From contig JAKAEB010000017.1 in NCBI GenBank assembly GCA_021818445.1, positions 480 to 64,479 on the forward strand: a DNA stretch of 64,000 nt, written 5' to 3'. Below, piece after piece: positions 37,830-46,852 of the stretch. This DNA is from Planctomycetota bacterium. GTDB taxonomy: Bacteria; Planctomycetota; Phycisphaerae; WQYP01. Each line of letters begins with the position of its first letter. The first letter of the stretch is position 1. The notes beneath the pieces are model-generated. The model saw only the letters and a program-made list of their open reading frames with translations. It searched no databases and had not been told where the DNA came from. The translations under genes were made by a program, and so were the position numbers.

Positions 37830-37858
37830 CTACAATCCAGTATAAAAGTATTAAATTG

Positions 37859-38539
37859 TCAGCCCTGCGCCTGGCTTGCCAAAACTGCCAGCCGCAGCAG
37901 TTCCGTACTGGATTTTACATCCAGTTTGTCCTTGATATGTTCACGGTGGGCCTCAATGGTTTTGTTGCTTAAGTGCAGCATGCGCGCAATCTGTTTGGTT
38001 GTGCGGCCCTGACCGAGTAATTCAAACACCTCCAGTTCCCGATCGGTCAGTCGATCAAACGCCAGCTTCGCCCCGCCTTTGGGGCTGCCTGCAAGGTGTG
38101 AAATCAACCGGGAACTCATCGCCTGTGATACATGCACGTGGCCTTGAAAAACGGCGGCAATAGCGTGAACAATCTCGTCAGCGGCCTGCGTTTTCATCAC
38201 ATACCCCCGGGCCCCGGCGCGGATACACCGCTCGGCATAAATCTGTTCATCATGCATGGAAAGTACCAGAATGGCGGTATGGTTTTTCCTGGCTTTGACA
38301 TCCTTGATCACTTCAAGGCCCGGTCGGTCGCCCAGAGACAAGTCGAGTATTGCCACGTCCGGTTCCAGCCGATCAATCAGTTCGAGCGCCTCGCGTGCAT
38401 TGCTCGCCTTGGCAATAATATTGCCGGCCTTGGACGCCTGAATGATGGCAACGAGTCCCTCACGGGCAACCGGGTGGTCATCGGCAATGACGATGGTGGG
38501 TATCCGCGCGGAGGGTTTTGCGGAGGCAGTGTAGTTCAT
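37859..38539 (-). CDS. NarL/LuxR-family response regulator
   Basis: Start moved to ATG 38539, which overlaps the kinase stop as ATGA. Receiver domain: IVIADDHPVAREGL...DVAILDLSLGD. HTH: LTDRELEVFELLGQGRTTKQIARMLHLSNKTIEAHREHI. Confidence 0.9.
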   Translation of the reverse strand: MNYTASAKPSARIPTIVIADDHPVAREGLVAIIQASKAGNIIAKASNAREALELIDRLEPDVAILDLSLGDRPGLEVIKDVKARKNHTAILVLSMHDEQIYAERCIRAGARGYVMKTQAADEIVHAIAAVFQGHVHVSQAMSSRLISHLAGSPKGGAKLAFDRLTDRELEVFELLGQGRTTKQIARMLHLSNKTIEAHREHIKDKLDVKSSTELLRLAVLASQAQG

Positions 38540-39984
38540 GAATGAAAATCCCCCATTTCCCTGGTAATAATCCCGCAGTCCACATTGCATACAATGGCGG
38601 TGCCGCGCCCGGGTTTTGACTCCACCAGCAGTTGACCGCCCATGAGCCGGGCGCGGTAATCCATAATGTGCAGGCCAAGGCCGTCGTGAGTACGCTTTGT
38701 GAAACCTTTTCCGTCGTCTTTAATACTGAGCCTTACCCATCGGTCGTGCGATTCTGACCGTATGACGATATGTTCGGCGGCACTGTGACGCAGCGCATTG
38801 GTAAGCGCCTCCTGGGCAATGCGGAAAAGATTATTGGCGTGGAGCAAATGGGCGATCGGCGGCAATGCGTCGGCACGTACATCCAACCGTCCCGCCAGCA
38901 TGCCGTTAAGCTGCGCCTGCAATGAATCCAGCGCCGCGGTGTAATCCGCGGTGTGTGCCAGCGGTTGCAGACCACGTGAAAGGCTGCGCGTCTGGTTGAC
39001 GGCTTCGCTGATAACGCCGACGAGATGATTGAGTTTCTCACTTATTACCGGATCGCGCTGTCCGAATTCAGTCTCGATGGCCCGGGCGTACATGGCAGCG
39101 CCCGTAAGCACCTGACCGAGTCCGTCGTGCAGATCGTGGCCCAGCCGCTGTTGCACACGCTCAGATACCAGCAGCACCTGTGATTCTGCCCGTTTGCGGT
39201 CGGTGATGTCGCGGACGATGCCGGTAAATTTGGGTCGACCCGCCGCACGGTGCTCTCCGACGGACAGAAACATGGGAAAGGTGCTGCCGTTTCTGCGCCG
39301 TCCAATGACCTCCCGACCGATACCAATGATGCGTTTCTCACCCGTTTGCATGTAGCGACGCATGTATCCGTCATGTTCGGTTCGGAATGGCTCGGGCATC
39401 AGTGTGGATACTGGTTTGCCGATGATGTCCACCTTGCGGTAGCCAAAAAGTTTTTCTGCTGCCGGATTAAACGCCTCGATCGTCCCCCGATCGTCTATGG
39501 TGATGATTCCATCAACGGCGGTATCCACAATCGCCTGAAGTTCCAACTTGGCGGGGGCGTCATCCTCCGGCTCGGCACCCCGGTTGCCGGTCGGCAAGCC
39601 GACCAGAATGCCTGGTTCTGTGCGGGATGGGGGTTGTCCCATCCACACGCCATGGTGTTGTCGGGCGTTGGCTCGCCACGTGGCGCGCCACATCTGCGGG
39701 GGTTGCCTCGATTTATTACGCGATGCTGCGCAAAGATCCGCCACCAGTTGACGCACCGTGTAGGGGCCTGATTCAGCGTGGGCGTTGTCAGGCTTGGGGC
39801 GTGGCTGATGGGGGGCTGCCGTTTCCAGTTTTAATTTAATATGACGTCTGATCAGTTCCAAGGTGGTGCTGCGGGCATGGATGATGTCACCGTCGCGCGT
39901 AAAGAGCACCAGATGAAAGTCGGAATCGGTCAGCACGTTGGATTGAACATCAGGCATTTCCCGGCACCTGTTCCATGCAGACAT
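38536..39984 (-). CDS. Cytoplasmic PAS-domain sensor histidine kinase (HisKA_3 / NarX-DegS type)
   Basis: No TM segment seen. PAS domain: LQAIVDTAVDGIITIDDRGTIEAFNPAAEKLFGY...IVRDITDRKRAE. H-box: RLGHDLHDGLGQ. ATPase domain: NALRHSAAEH...DDGKGF...GLGLHIMDYRARLMGG. The start codon shares one base with the upstream stop (TAATG at 39986..39982). Confidence 0.88.
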   Translation of the reverse strand: MSAWNRCREMPDVQSNVLTDSDFHLVLFTRDGDIIHARSTTLELIRRHIKLKLETAAPHQPRPKPDNAHAESGPYTVRQLVADLCAASRNKSRQPPQMWRATWRANARQHHGVWMGQPPSRTEPGILVGLPTGNRGAEPEDDAPAKLELQAIVDTAVDGIITIDDRGTIEAFNPAAEKLFGYRKVDIIGKPVSTLMPEPFRTEHDGYMRRYMQTGEKRIIGIGREVIGRRRNGSTFPMFLSVGEHRAAGRPKFTGIVRDITDRKRAESQVLLVSERVQQRLGHDLHDGLGQVLTGAAMYARAIETEFGQRDPVISEKLNHLVGVISEAVNQTRSLSRGLQPLAHTADYTAALDSLQAQLNGMLAGRLDVRADALPPIAHLLHANNLFRIAQEALTNALRHSAAEHIVIRSESHDRWVRLSIKDDGKGFTKRTHDGLGLHIMDYRARLMGGQLLVESKPGRGTAIVCNVDCGIITREMGDFHS

Positions 39985-41093
39985 TATCGCGAACGGAGGG
40001 CAATCTCGTGCCCGGATTCAGCCGAGCGATATATCCCGTCGATCATTTCCTGCACGGCCAAACCCGCCTCGGCTGGCGATTCGAGGGGAGATCCGTCAAG
40101 GACGGCGGCAACAAAATTTTCCAGTTTGGCCTTGAAAAGCCCGTCAAAATCCATGGGGGGCAAATAGGCGGGTGAAATATTTACCATGGTTCCGGCCTGA
40201 TTGGTGAAAATCTGCGGCGGGTCCCAGTTGGCACCGCCATTTGAACCACTTAATTGAAAATTCCACACATCCTTTTCAATGTGTGCGATGAAGGATGCCT
40301 CAATTTGCAGAATGGCACCGTTTTCAAAGCGTATCTGACCTACGGCCAAATCCTCTATGTCATGCATTTGCCAATCCCACCCGGGCCACATGCACGGTAC
40401 ATCATTGGGGCGGTTGCCATCGAAGGTCCACACGTTCCCCGCCGCACTGATGGGCCGGGGAGAACCCATCACATAATGTGCCATTTCCAGCACATGCACG
40501 CCAATGTCAATCAGTGGGCCTCCACCTTGGAGTTTCTTCTGGCCGAAAACTCCCCAGTTCGGTACACCGCGTCGCCGCAGAGCCTGGCACTTGACGTGCA
40601 TAACCTTACCGAACTGACCGGCGTCGGCCGCTCTTTTCAGCATCTGCGTGGCGGGATGAAATCGGTATTGAAATCCCACCGCCAGTTGGCGTTTTGCCGT
40701 TTTGGCGGCATGGATCATCTCTGCACATTGTGCCGGCGTAAGAGCCATGGGCTTTTCCGTGATAACGTGTGCCCCCGCCTGCAGGGCGGCTATCGACACC
40801 GGTGCGTGAAGCAAATTGGGCGTGCAGACGCATACGGCGTCGGGCCGGGCGCTGGCGAGCATATCCCGATAGTCGGTAAAAATTTTGGGTATCTGATGTC
40901 GCTTTTGAAACGCACTGGCAACATCCGGCTTAATATCCACCGCCGCCACGACATGGACGCCGTCCATCGCGGCGATAGCCCGCATGTAATGTTCGCTTAT
41001 TCCGCCGCAGCCGACTATGGCGAGGGTAAGTTGTTTACGCTTTATTTCGGTAACGTGTTGCTCCTGACGATTCGACGACTTTACCGCTTCCAT
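39984..41093 (-). CDS. Gfo/Idh/MocA-family NAD(P)-dependent oxidoreductase
   Basis: Rossmann N-terminus LTLAIVGCGGISEHYMRAIAAMDGVHVVAAVD. EKPMALT motif. C-terminal alpha/beta domain typical of the family. Confidence 0.88.
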   Translation of the reverse strand: MEAVKSSNRQEQHVTEIKRKQLTLAIVGCGGISEHYMRAIAAMDGVHVVAAVDIKPDVASAFQKRHQIPKIFTDYRDMLASARPDAVCVCTPNLLHAPVSIAALQAGAHVITEKPMALTPAQCAEMIHAAKTAKRQLAVGFQYRFHPATQMLKRAADAGQFGKVMHVKCQALRRRGVPNWGVFGQKKLQGGGPLIDIGVHVLEMAHYVMGSPRPISAAGNVWTFDGNRPNDVPCMWPGWDWQMHDIEDLAVGQIRFENGAILQIEASFIAHIEKDVWNFQLSGSNGGANWDPPQIFTNQAGTMVNISPAYLPPMDFDGLFKAKLENFVAAVLDGSPLESPAEAGLAVQEMIDGIYRSAESGHEIALRSR

Positions 41094-41214
41094 ACACGCC
41101 CTTCTCCAGCGGGCCGTTCAAGGCCGCGCAAAAAATAACCACGCTCCACAGCTCGACATACTGCCCGACCGCAAAGCCGATAGACGCCCCTCGGCCGTCG
41201 GCACACCAGGGATA

Positions 41215-42045
41215 TTAACCGTGCACCTGGGCGTAAAACGCCGTGTTAAATACGCTGCGGTGCGACCGGGCAGCGCCAGGCATCAGGTCGCCAATGCGTA
41301 TCACACGCTGCTGAAATGCCCGCGCCGTTCGGCTGGCGCGATGCTTAAAACCACGCACGCTCACCACCGCGTCAAATCGACCGGCTGGTTCAATGGTAAC
41401 ACTTACTCCATGAGCTGCAATAAATTGCGCCGCGCTACGGGCATATTGAGGCAAAGTGGTAACGATCACCAGATAATAAAATCCCTTGCGGCGGTTTACC
41501 TGGGAGGATGGATACACTCGGGCGCGGTGGATATTGGCTGCGGCCGATGGGGCCTTTGGCACCACCGTCGTGGACGGTAGCGGAACGGCCCCGGCAGGTG
41601 CCGAATTGGCCGGCTCCAGCTTAGGTGTCATGCCACCGGGCATGATGACCGTGGGCACTGGTGCCGCCTTCCTTGCAGCAGCCGGATGATGAAGAACAAT
41701 CAGCATGATCATAATCATGACCAGCACGGCGGCAGCGACCAATATCAAGGGCCGATAGCGTAAGAATAATTCCTGGGCGCGCGGCATGGACATCATGCCA
41801 CCGCTGGTATCACGCTGCGATTCGGGTGAGCCAAGGGCGTTTGGGTCCGGTGGTGTCCCGGCTGGCGTGTTAGATGACTCCGCACTTTTGTCGTTGCCCG
41901 CCGCTTTGGCCTGCGCCGGATTGTTGCGTGCCGACCACCAGGATGGAATCTTCAGCGGTGCGCCGGGTTTGCGGGTCACATTAAGTGTGGATTTATCGAG
42001 CAGTTCGTAAAGGGCCGCCGCATCCTTCTTTTTGTTTGCAGCCAT
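41215..42045 (-). CDS. Membrane-anchored protein with a C-terminal SPOR-like domain (tentative)
   Basis: Start at MAANKKKD (42045). Single TM LILVAAAVLVMIMIMLIVL. The C-terminal FYYLVIVTTLPQYARSAAQFIAAHGVSVTIEP...VVSVRGF resembles SPOR repeats. Confidence 0.5.
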   Translation of the reverse strand: MAANKKKDAAALYELLDKSTLNVTRKPGAPLKIPSWWSARNNPAQAKAAGNDKSAESSNTPAGTPPDPNALGSPESQRDTSGGMMSMPRAQELFLRYRPLILVAAAVLVMIMIMLIVLHHPAAARKAAPVPTVIMPGGMTPKLEPANSAPAGAVPLPSTTVVPKAPSAAANIHRARVYPSSQVNRRKGFYYLVIVTTLPQYARSAAQFIAAHGVSVTIEPAGRFDAVVSVRGFKHRASRTARAFQQRVIRIGDLMPGAARSHRSVFNTAFYAQVHG

Positions 42046-42206
42046 GCGGTACCTCACCAAAAACAGCGTATTCGTCAGCCCAATCCGTCCCATGTGTGAT
42101 GTTAACGCAATACGGCGCTCTGCTACAACTCAATTGGGGATATCTTACGCCAAATGGTGTCGGGCACCCATCTTTGCCTATCGGCTTTCCGGTCGGGCGA
42201 CAACCC

Positions 42207-42980
42207 CTACGCCGCAATGGTGGCCAGAGCGGCACCATTGATGGGCACAGCCGTCGGCAGGGCGTTTAACCGGCAACAGTGCTGGATATCGGCCGATAGC
42301 CCGGCTGCCACCAGGTTTTGCGCGCCACGGGCCTCAAACAGCGCGGACTGGAGATCGGCCCGCGCGCTGCCAAAGGCATAGCACGCCGCCCATGCTAAAT
42401 CTGACAGAAGCAGATTTTTCGCCTTGGCCATCCCTGTTAATTCGCTGATTACGGCACCGGCACCGATCATATCCTCCAGTGCCGGAACCCCGTCCGTGCC
42501 GGCGCAAAGCAGGATAATATCTTCGTCATTTGCCCCCAGAGCTGCGGCCGTTGCCCGGGCGTTAAGTAATGAACCGGCAAACAACCGGCGCGCCGTCCGC
42601 GCGGCATGAATTGCACGGGTACCATTGGTGGTTGACATGAGGATGCGGCGTCCGGCGATCCGTTGAGAATTAAATTCCAAAGGTGAGTTGCCCAGATCGA
42701 AGCCCGGTACCTTCAGGCATCCTTTTTCACCGCATAACAGTGCGTCGGGATAGCGCTGGCGTGCGGCCAATGCCTCATCTGAACTGGCAAAAAAGTGAAT
42801 CTGTCTGGCACCGGCGGCGATGGCGGTCGCCATAGTGCTGGTGGCCCGCAATACGTCAAAAACCGCCACCTGACTGTTGGGCAGGGCATCCGTCGCTAAT
42901 TCGGTGGGTAACAGGGCAAGGCTGACTTTCAAATGTTTCTCCCGTTGGAGGCCCTTAAAATTTCCCGACAGCACCATCAT
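42207..42980 (-). CDS. comB: 2-phosphosulfolactate phosphatase family protein (ComB-like)
   Basis: VAVFDVLRATSTMATAIAAGA, LCGEKGCLKVPGFDLGNSPLEF and ILMSTTNGTRAI match the ComB family pattern. Confidence 0.8.
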   Translation of the reverse strand: MMVLSGNFKGLQREKHLKVSLALLPTELATDALPNSQVAVFDVLRATSTMATAIAAGARQIHFFASSDEALAARQRYPDALLCGEKGCLKVPGFDLGNSPLEFNSQRIAGRRILMSTTNGTRAIHAARTARRLFAGSLLNARATAAALGANDEDIILLCAGTDGVPALEDMIGAGAVISELTGMAKAKNLLLSDLAWAACYAFGSARADLQSALFEARGAQNLVAAGLSADIQHCCRLNALPTAVPINGAALATIAA

Positions 42981-43058
42981 ACATCACCGCCCGGCAGCCG
43001 TGCAGGCTGGCGTATGTTGATTTGCCGTGATGCTGCCAAAACGCGAGACTGATCCTGT

Positions 43059-43086
43059 GCCACAACCTCTGTGGCTCTTTTTTCTC
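43059..43086 (+). terminator. Orphan intrinsic-terminator-like hairpin
   Basis: GCCACA-ACCTC-TGTGGC followed by TCTTTTTTCTC. No plus-strand gene lies upstream, since comB is on the minus strand. Confidence 0.45.
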
Positions 43087-43113
43087 TGCGCGCTAAAAAA
43101 AACAACAAACATC

Positions 43114-43132
43114 ATCATGCCATTGGCATGAT
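43114..43132. promoter_or_regulatory. Perfect 9-1-9 palindrome in the AT-rich spacer upstream of the RHS cassette
   Basis: ATCATGCCA-T-TGGCATGAT. It is nested between 9-bp inverted arms CTCTGCGCG (43084..43092) and CGCGCAGAG (43165..43173). Confidence 0.35.
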
Positions 43133-43453
43133 ACATTATTTCACACAGAGAGGTTTTTATATCTCGCGCAGAGCCTCGGAGCCGCGGAGAGAATTAAAAA
43201 CATACTAAATAATCAGATGCGCAGGTCTTTGCGCTCTTTGCGCTCCCGGCGGTGCAAGCTCGTTTCCCTCACCGCGAGGTTCGCAAAGTTAACACTTAAA
43301 ACATTCGGTATGGGAATGGCTCAGCGAGCCGCCGGGCTTGTCCCGGCGGGTAAAAAATTGACGCATTCGTGTGCGAAATATCGCTGCGTCCTCCTTGCAC
43401 GCCCCACCCCGGCGCGTTATGTTGCCAATTATTGATTGCAGTTTTGAGGCCGA

Positions 43454-44590
43454 TTGATGGTCGCATTGGCTGAAAATAAAATTCTCAAGAGCGGTGGTAG
43501 ATACAACGCCGACGCCGAAACGCAGAATTATTATGTGCGGAACCGGTATTATTTGCCGACATTAGGCCGCTGGCTTACCCGCGACCCGATCGGTTACCAA
43601 GGCGGCATTAATCTTTACGAATACGTCCAAAGCAGCCCGGTGGGGAATGTGGATGGGGAGGGATTGTGGAGGATCTCGCGTAAGGGCAAGGCCACGGCGG
43701 TGGCGATTTCCCAAGCCGGTGACACAATCGCGGGACTCGCGGGTGAAATTCACCTCAACCCGGCCGAGTGGAAAAAATGGTCGAAGGTGGTGTCGGGAAA
43801 CGCCCCGTCGAGCCCATCGCAGCACCTGAACGCGGGCTGCCTCAAGTTGGCTGTTCCAAATACGGTGGTCGTTGACGTAGGCTGGAGTTTGACGCACAAC
43901 AATCGCGGTAACATATCGGCACCCTCAATGGTGTCGATAATGGGGGCATTTCTGCGGGACGCCTTCGAGTCCCAGACGAGCGCCCGGGCGGCGGGCTTTA
44001 TGGTCTCCTTTGATGGTGCAGCGACCGACAGGGGCATCGTCACCGATCTGAACACTTACTCCAAGCGCAGGGAACTCTACGCCTTCTACTATTTCGGGCA
44101 CGGAGCAGCATTGGGCTACCTGGTCCCCGGCAACAAATTCAGATCGATGCTGGTTGCACCGGCACGCTACACCGCTTACGGCATAGCGCTCATGGCGCTC
44201 TACGCGTGCAGTAGCGCCGCCCCGCAAAACCCCACCCAACCGGAACCCATAAGGTACGTTGGCGCAAACGGGGCTCCGGCCTCTATTCTCACGTCCCAGC
44301 CCGGTGGCACGGAATGGCGGCTCAACGTCGCGCCCGGCGGTAAGTTCGGCGGGTACACGGCGGCTGTAAATATATTCGACGAGGGCTGGTTCTGGTCCTC
44401 GTGGGGGGGGCTTGCAGCCTCTCGGCGAACCCATCTCGGTGCATCCGTGAAAATGGAGGTCATCCCGTGTGGACGATTTATCTACCTATGCGCCGGTTGG
44501 GTACCAGCCAAGCGCGGGTTCTCGCTGAATGGATTGGCATCCTTTTATACGTCGTCTTCGGCAGGGTTGTGCTCGGGGGTGACGGCGTGA
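43454..44590 (+). CDS. Orphan RHS C-terminal cassette: terminal RHS core motif, LysM-like segment and an uncharacterised C-terminal domain
   Basis: The frame opens only at 43448 (TGA at 43445). GAGG RBS with ATG at 43457. YYVRNRYYLPTLGRWLTRDPIGYQGGINLYEYVQSSPVGNVDGEGL is the end of an RHS/YD shell, with a PxxxxDxxGL cleavage-type motif. The upstream shell repeats are absent. Downstream: VAISQAGDTIAGLAGEIHLNPAEWKKW...LKLAVPN (LysM-like) and FYYFGHGA...LYACSS. Confidence 0.75.
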   Translation: MMVALAENKILKSGGRYNADAETQNYYVRNRYYLPTLGRWLTRDPIGYQGGINLYEYVQSSPVGNVDGEGLWRISRKGKATAVAISQAGDTIAGLAGEIHLNPAEWKKWSKVVSGNAPSSPSQHLNAGCLKLAVPNTVVVDVGWSLTHNNRGNISAPSMVSIMGAFLRDAFESQTSARAAGFMVSFDGAATDRGIVTDLNTYSKRRELYAFYYFGHGAALGYLVPGNKFRSMLVAPARYTAYGIALMALYACSSAAPQNPTQPEPIRYVGANGAPASILTSQPGGTEWRLNVAPGGKFGGYTAAVNIFDEGWFWSSWGGLAASRRTHLGASVKMEVIPCGRFIYLCAGWVPAKRGFSLNGLASFYTSSSAGLCSGVTA

Positions 44591-44604
44591 ACCCCTCGGG
44601 TCTC

Positions 44605-44844
44605 ATGCAGAGATCGCTTTGTGTGGCGGCGGCCCTTGTCGCCGGTGCAGCGCTTCTCGCGCCGGGCGGCATCATTGAACCGGCCCGACGGCTGGCAGCG
44701 GCCGAGGGTGCGCGCGAGCGGACGATAGCCGTCCTATGGATACTTTGGCATCTGGTTGCCCTCGCGGTTTTGGCATGGGGATTCTTTCAGATGGCGGCAC
44801 CAGCGTGGTGCATTGGCAGCGGGCTTTATGGCAGCGATATTTAG
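44605..44844 (+). CDS. Small hydrophobic protein, candidate immunity protein (start uncertain; 44488 is an alternative)
   Basis: MQRSLCVAAALVAGAALLAPGG...IAVLWILWHLVALAVLAWGFF gives two predicted TM helices, immediately after or overlapping the RHS-CT stop. Confidence 0.4.
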   Translation: MQRSLCVAAALVAGAALLAPGGIIEPARRLAAAEGARERTIAVLWILWHLVALAVLAWGFFQMAAPAWCIGSGLYGSDI

Positions 44845-44893
44845 GTACCCCGTCGCGTTAAGCGCCGCATCCAGATGGAAATACGGAGGCCCA

Positions 44894-45673
44894 ATGAGCA
44901 AGGAAAACCGGAGCGAGCACGGAGTTCGGCGCGGCACTTGGGCGATTGCGGCCTATGGATTTTGGGTTCTGTTTCTCCTGGGCGGCCTTGGCCTCAACGC
45001 GACCAACGTGAAGTCGCTTGGTGGCGGTCTCCCGAAGCGGATCATGCCCTGCCGGGTCATCCGCCAGCATGGGTACACGCTCGAGTGGCCGCTGCTCAAA
45101 ATAGATTCGGTCGATGTTCTTGGGCCGCCGGAGGTTGGGCGCGCCCGCGTTCCGGTCGGCTGGTTTCATCTCGGTGCCCGCGGGGTTACGCGCAGCCTTT
45201 CGGGGGTCCGGCTTCTAAGGCCGGGAAGCGCGGTCAGGGTAGTGTGGTTATGGGGACGGTGGAGGTGGCTGGCGGAGGCGCGCGCGTGGCTTCTGATATT
45301 GGGGGCGGCCGTGTGTTTTGTTTCGCTGGTGCTTGCTTTGGTGCTTGGCAGGGCAGTGCGCGATAAGTCCGCCGGCCGCATGGTCGAAATAGAAGATTTG
45401 CCAGCGAACCGCCTCGGCATGGCGCGCGTACAACTGAGATTTGGCTTGGTCGGCCACATCGCGCTTGCTGGCTTGGCGCTCGGCACCTTGGGCGCGGCGG
45501 CGATCGCTGTTTACACCATATCCGCCGGCAACTTGGAGCCAGCGCTGCTGCCGCTGCCCATGTTGACGGGTGCGGGCGGCTCAACGCTGGCCCTCCTCGC
45601 GATGATTATTTTCCAGTGGGGCCGCGGAGCGTCGGAAATGCCGCAGGAAGCGAGAACGGCTCGCGAGCAGTAA
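44894..45673 (+). CDS. Polytopic membrane protein of unknown function
   Basis: GGAGG at 44885..44889 with ATG at 44894. TM segments WAIAAYGFWVLFLLGGLGL, AWLLILGAAVCFVSLVLALVLG, LVGHIALAGLALGTLGAAAIAVY and GGSTLALLAMIIF. Confidence 0.6.
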   Translation: MSKENRSEHGVRRGTWAIAAYGFWVLFLLGGLGLNATNVKSLGGGLPKRIMPCRVIRQHGYTLEWPLLKIDSVDVLGPPEVGRARVPVGWFHLGARGVTRSLSGVRLLRPGSAVRVVWLWGRWRWLAEARAWLLILGAAVCFVSLVLALVLGRAVRDKSAGRMVEIEDLPANRLGMARVQLRFGLVGHIALAGLALGTLGAAAIAVYTISAGNLEPALLPLPMLTGAGGSTLALLAMIIFQWGRGASEMPQEARTAREQ

Positions 45674-46258
45674 GCACCCGCAGCGGAGGGAATAATTGGG
45701 CCGGGTGGACAGCCAAAGAGTCGCGCCAAACGCCGAGCAGGCGCGGTTTTCCGCGGGGAGCGGCAATTGCGGCCACCTTGGGCGGAACGCGGCCGACGGG
45801 AATAATCCGCCAATGTGCCGTCCGCATTGCTATATTCCGTGAACAAATCCGAATTATTATGGTCGGTATAATGGCCGCCGTTAATGAAAAAATAATCCGG
45901 CCGAAAGCTGATACGGCCGGCACCACCATCGCCAATCAGGTGAAAAACATTTACAGCGGCGTCGGCCAGCTTGCCTTCCAATATCCGGGCGCAGACATTT
46001 ATTCCGTGCCCCCCTTGGGGCGCGGCTGTCCGCACGCTTGGGCGTAGCGGGAAGGTCCCGGGAAGCGCTGCCGATTGTCTGTCTTGGGGCGATTTCAACT
46101 CCGCCTGAAAAAATTGCCACATCTCCATTTACCGGCGCTCACGATGGTTTGCTTGCGGTAATCGCCATGCTGTCGGACAATTACATCTGTGGACGGCTGG
46201 CGTAATGGACGCCGGAGATTGACCTGGGAGCCTGTCCAAGCGCAAAGGATGGCGCCTG

Positions 46259-46765
46259 ATGCGTCGAACAAAAACCGTTCCCCGTATATTCGCTCTGCCG
46301 GTGATATTCGGTGCCGGCATCATAAGCTGGGTGGTATTACTTATTTCCTTGGCGATTATTGCGCTGGTGGTGCTGGCACCGGCGGCTCAATCTTTGCGGC
46401 AGGTCCGCCAGCGGGAGCATTCCCTCCGGGCTACGCTGGCATTGATGAAGGAAAAAATTGCCATCCAAAAGCAATTTATTACCTTGGTCGAACATGACAA
46501 ACGCATGATGCAGCGTCTGGCCGCCCGCCAGATGGATATTATCACGCCCGGCGAAAAGGTTCTGCCGCTTGCGGGCATGACCGCTCCGCGCGATGTGCAA
46601 AGCCTCATAGCCCGCGCGCTCAAACGCGTGCCCCCACGCCCCGTTCCCCCGTTGCCCTGGTATGACGGTGTAGCGCTTTACCGGCCATTGCGAATTCCAA
46701 TGGTCATAGCGGCATTGATGGGCTTGGCGTTTGCCTTTTTAGTTGATGTCCGCCGCCGGGATTGA
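46259..46765 (+). CDS. Membrane-anchored coiled-coil protein, hypothetical
   Basis: TM IISWVVLLISLAIIALVVL followed by a heptad-like segment LRQVRQREHSLRATLALMKEKIAIQKQFITLVEHDKRMMQRL. The layout resembles FtsB/septum-initiator proteins, but the family is not established. Confidence 0.55.
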   Translation: MRRTKTVPRIFALPVIFGAGIISWVVLLISLAIIALVVLAPAAQSLRQVRQREHSLRATLALMKEKIAIQKQFITLVEHDKRMMQRLAARQMDIITPGEKVLPLAGMTAPRDVQSLIARALKRVPPRPVPPLPWYDGVALYRPLRIPMVIAALMGLAFAFLVDVRRRD

Positions 46766-46852
46766 CTCCCGCAATTTTTCTTTCACGCATGCAGGCAGGC
46801 CCCCCACCGATTGAACGGCTACCGAGTCGAGGCCATCTACCGTACCGCGGAT

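Noticed and set aside
42207-42980. ComB homolog as evidence for a coenzyme M pathway
   Set aside because: No other com genes are nearby, and ComB-family phosphatases are widespread outside methanogens. The call stays at family level only.
45511-46128. 205-aa minus-strand ORF (and the in-frame 46129..46323 piece) between the RHS locus and 46259..46765
   Set aside because: Its 3' half overlaps the confident membrane-protein gene 44894..45673 and is Arg/Pro-rich. The 5' half (…NVFHLIGDGGAGRISFRPDYFFINGGHY…) is mildly protein-like, but I saw no recognisable family and no RBS. It may be a decayed gene fragment; the evidence is too thin to call.
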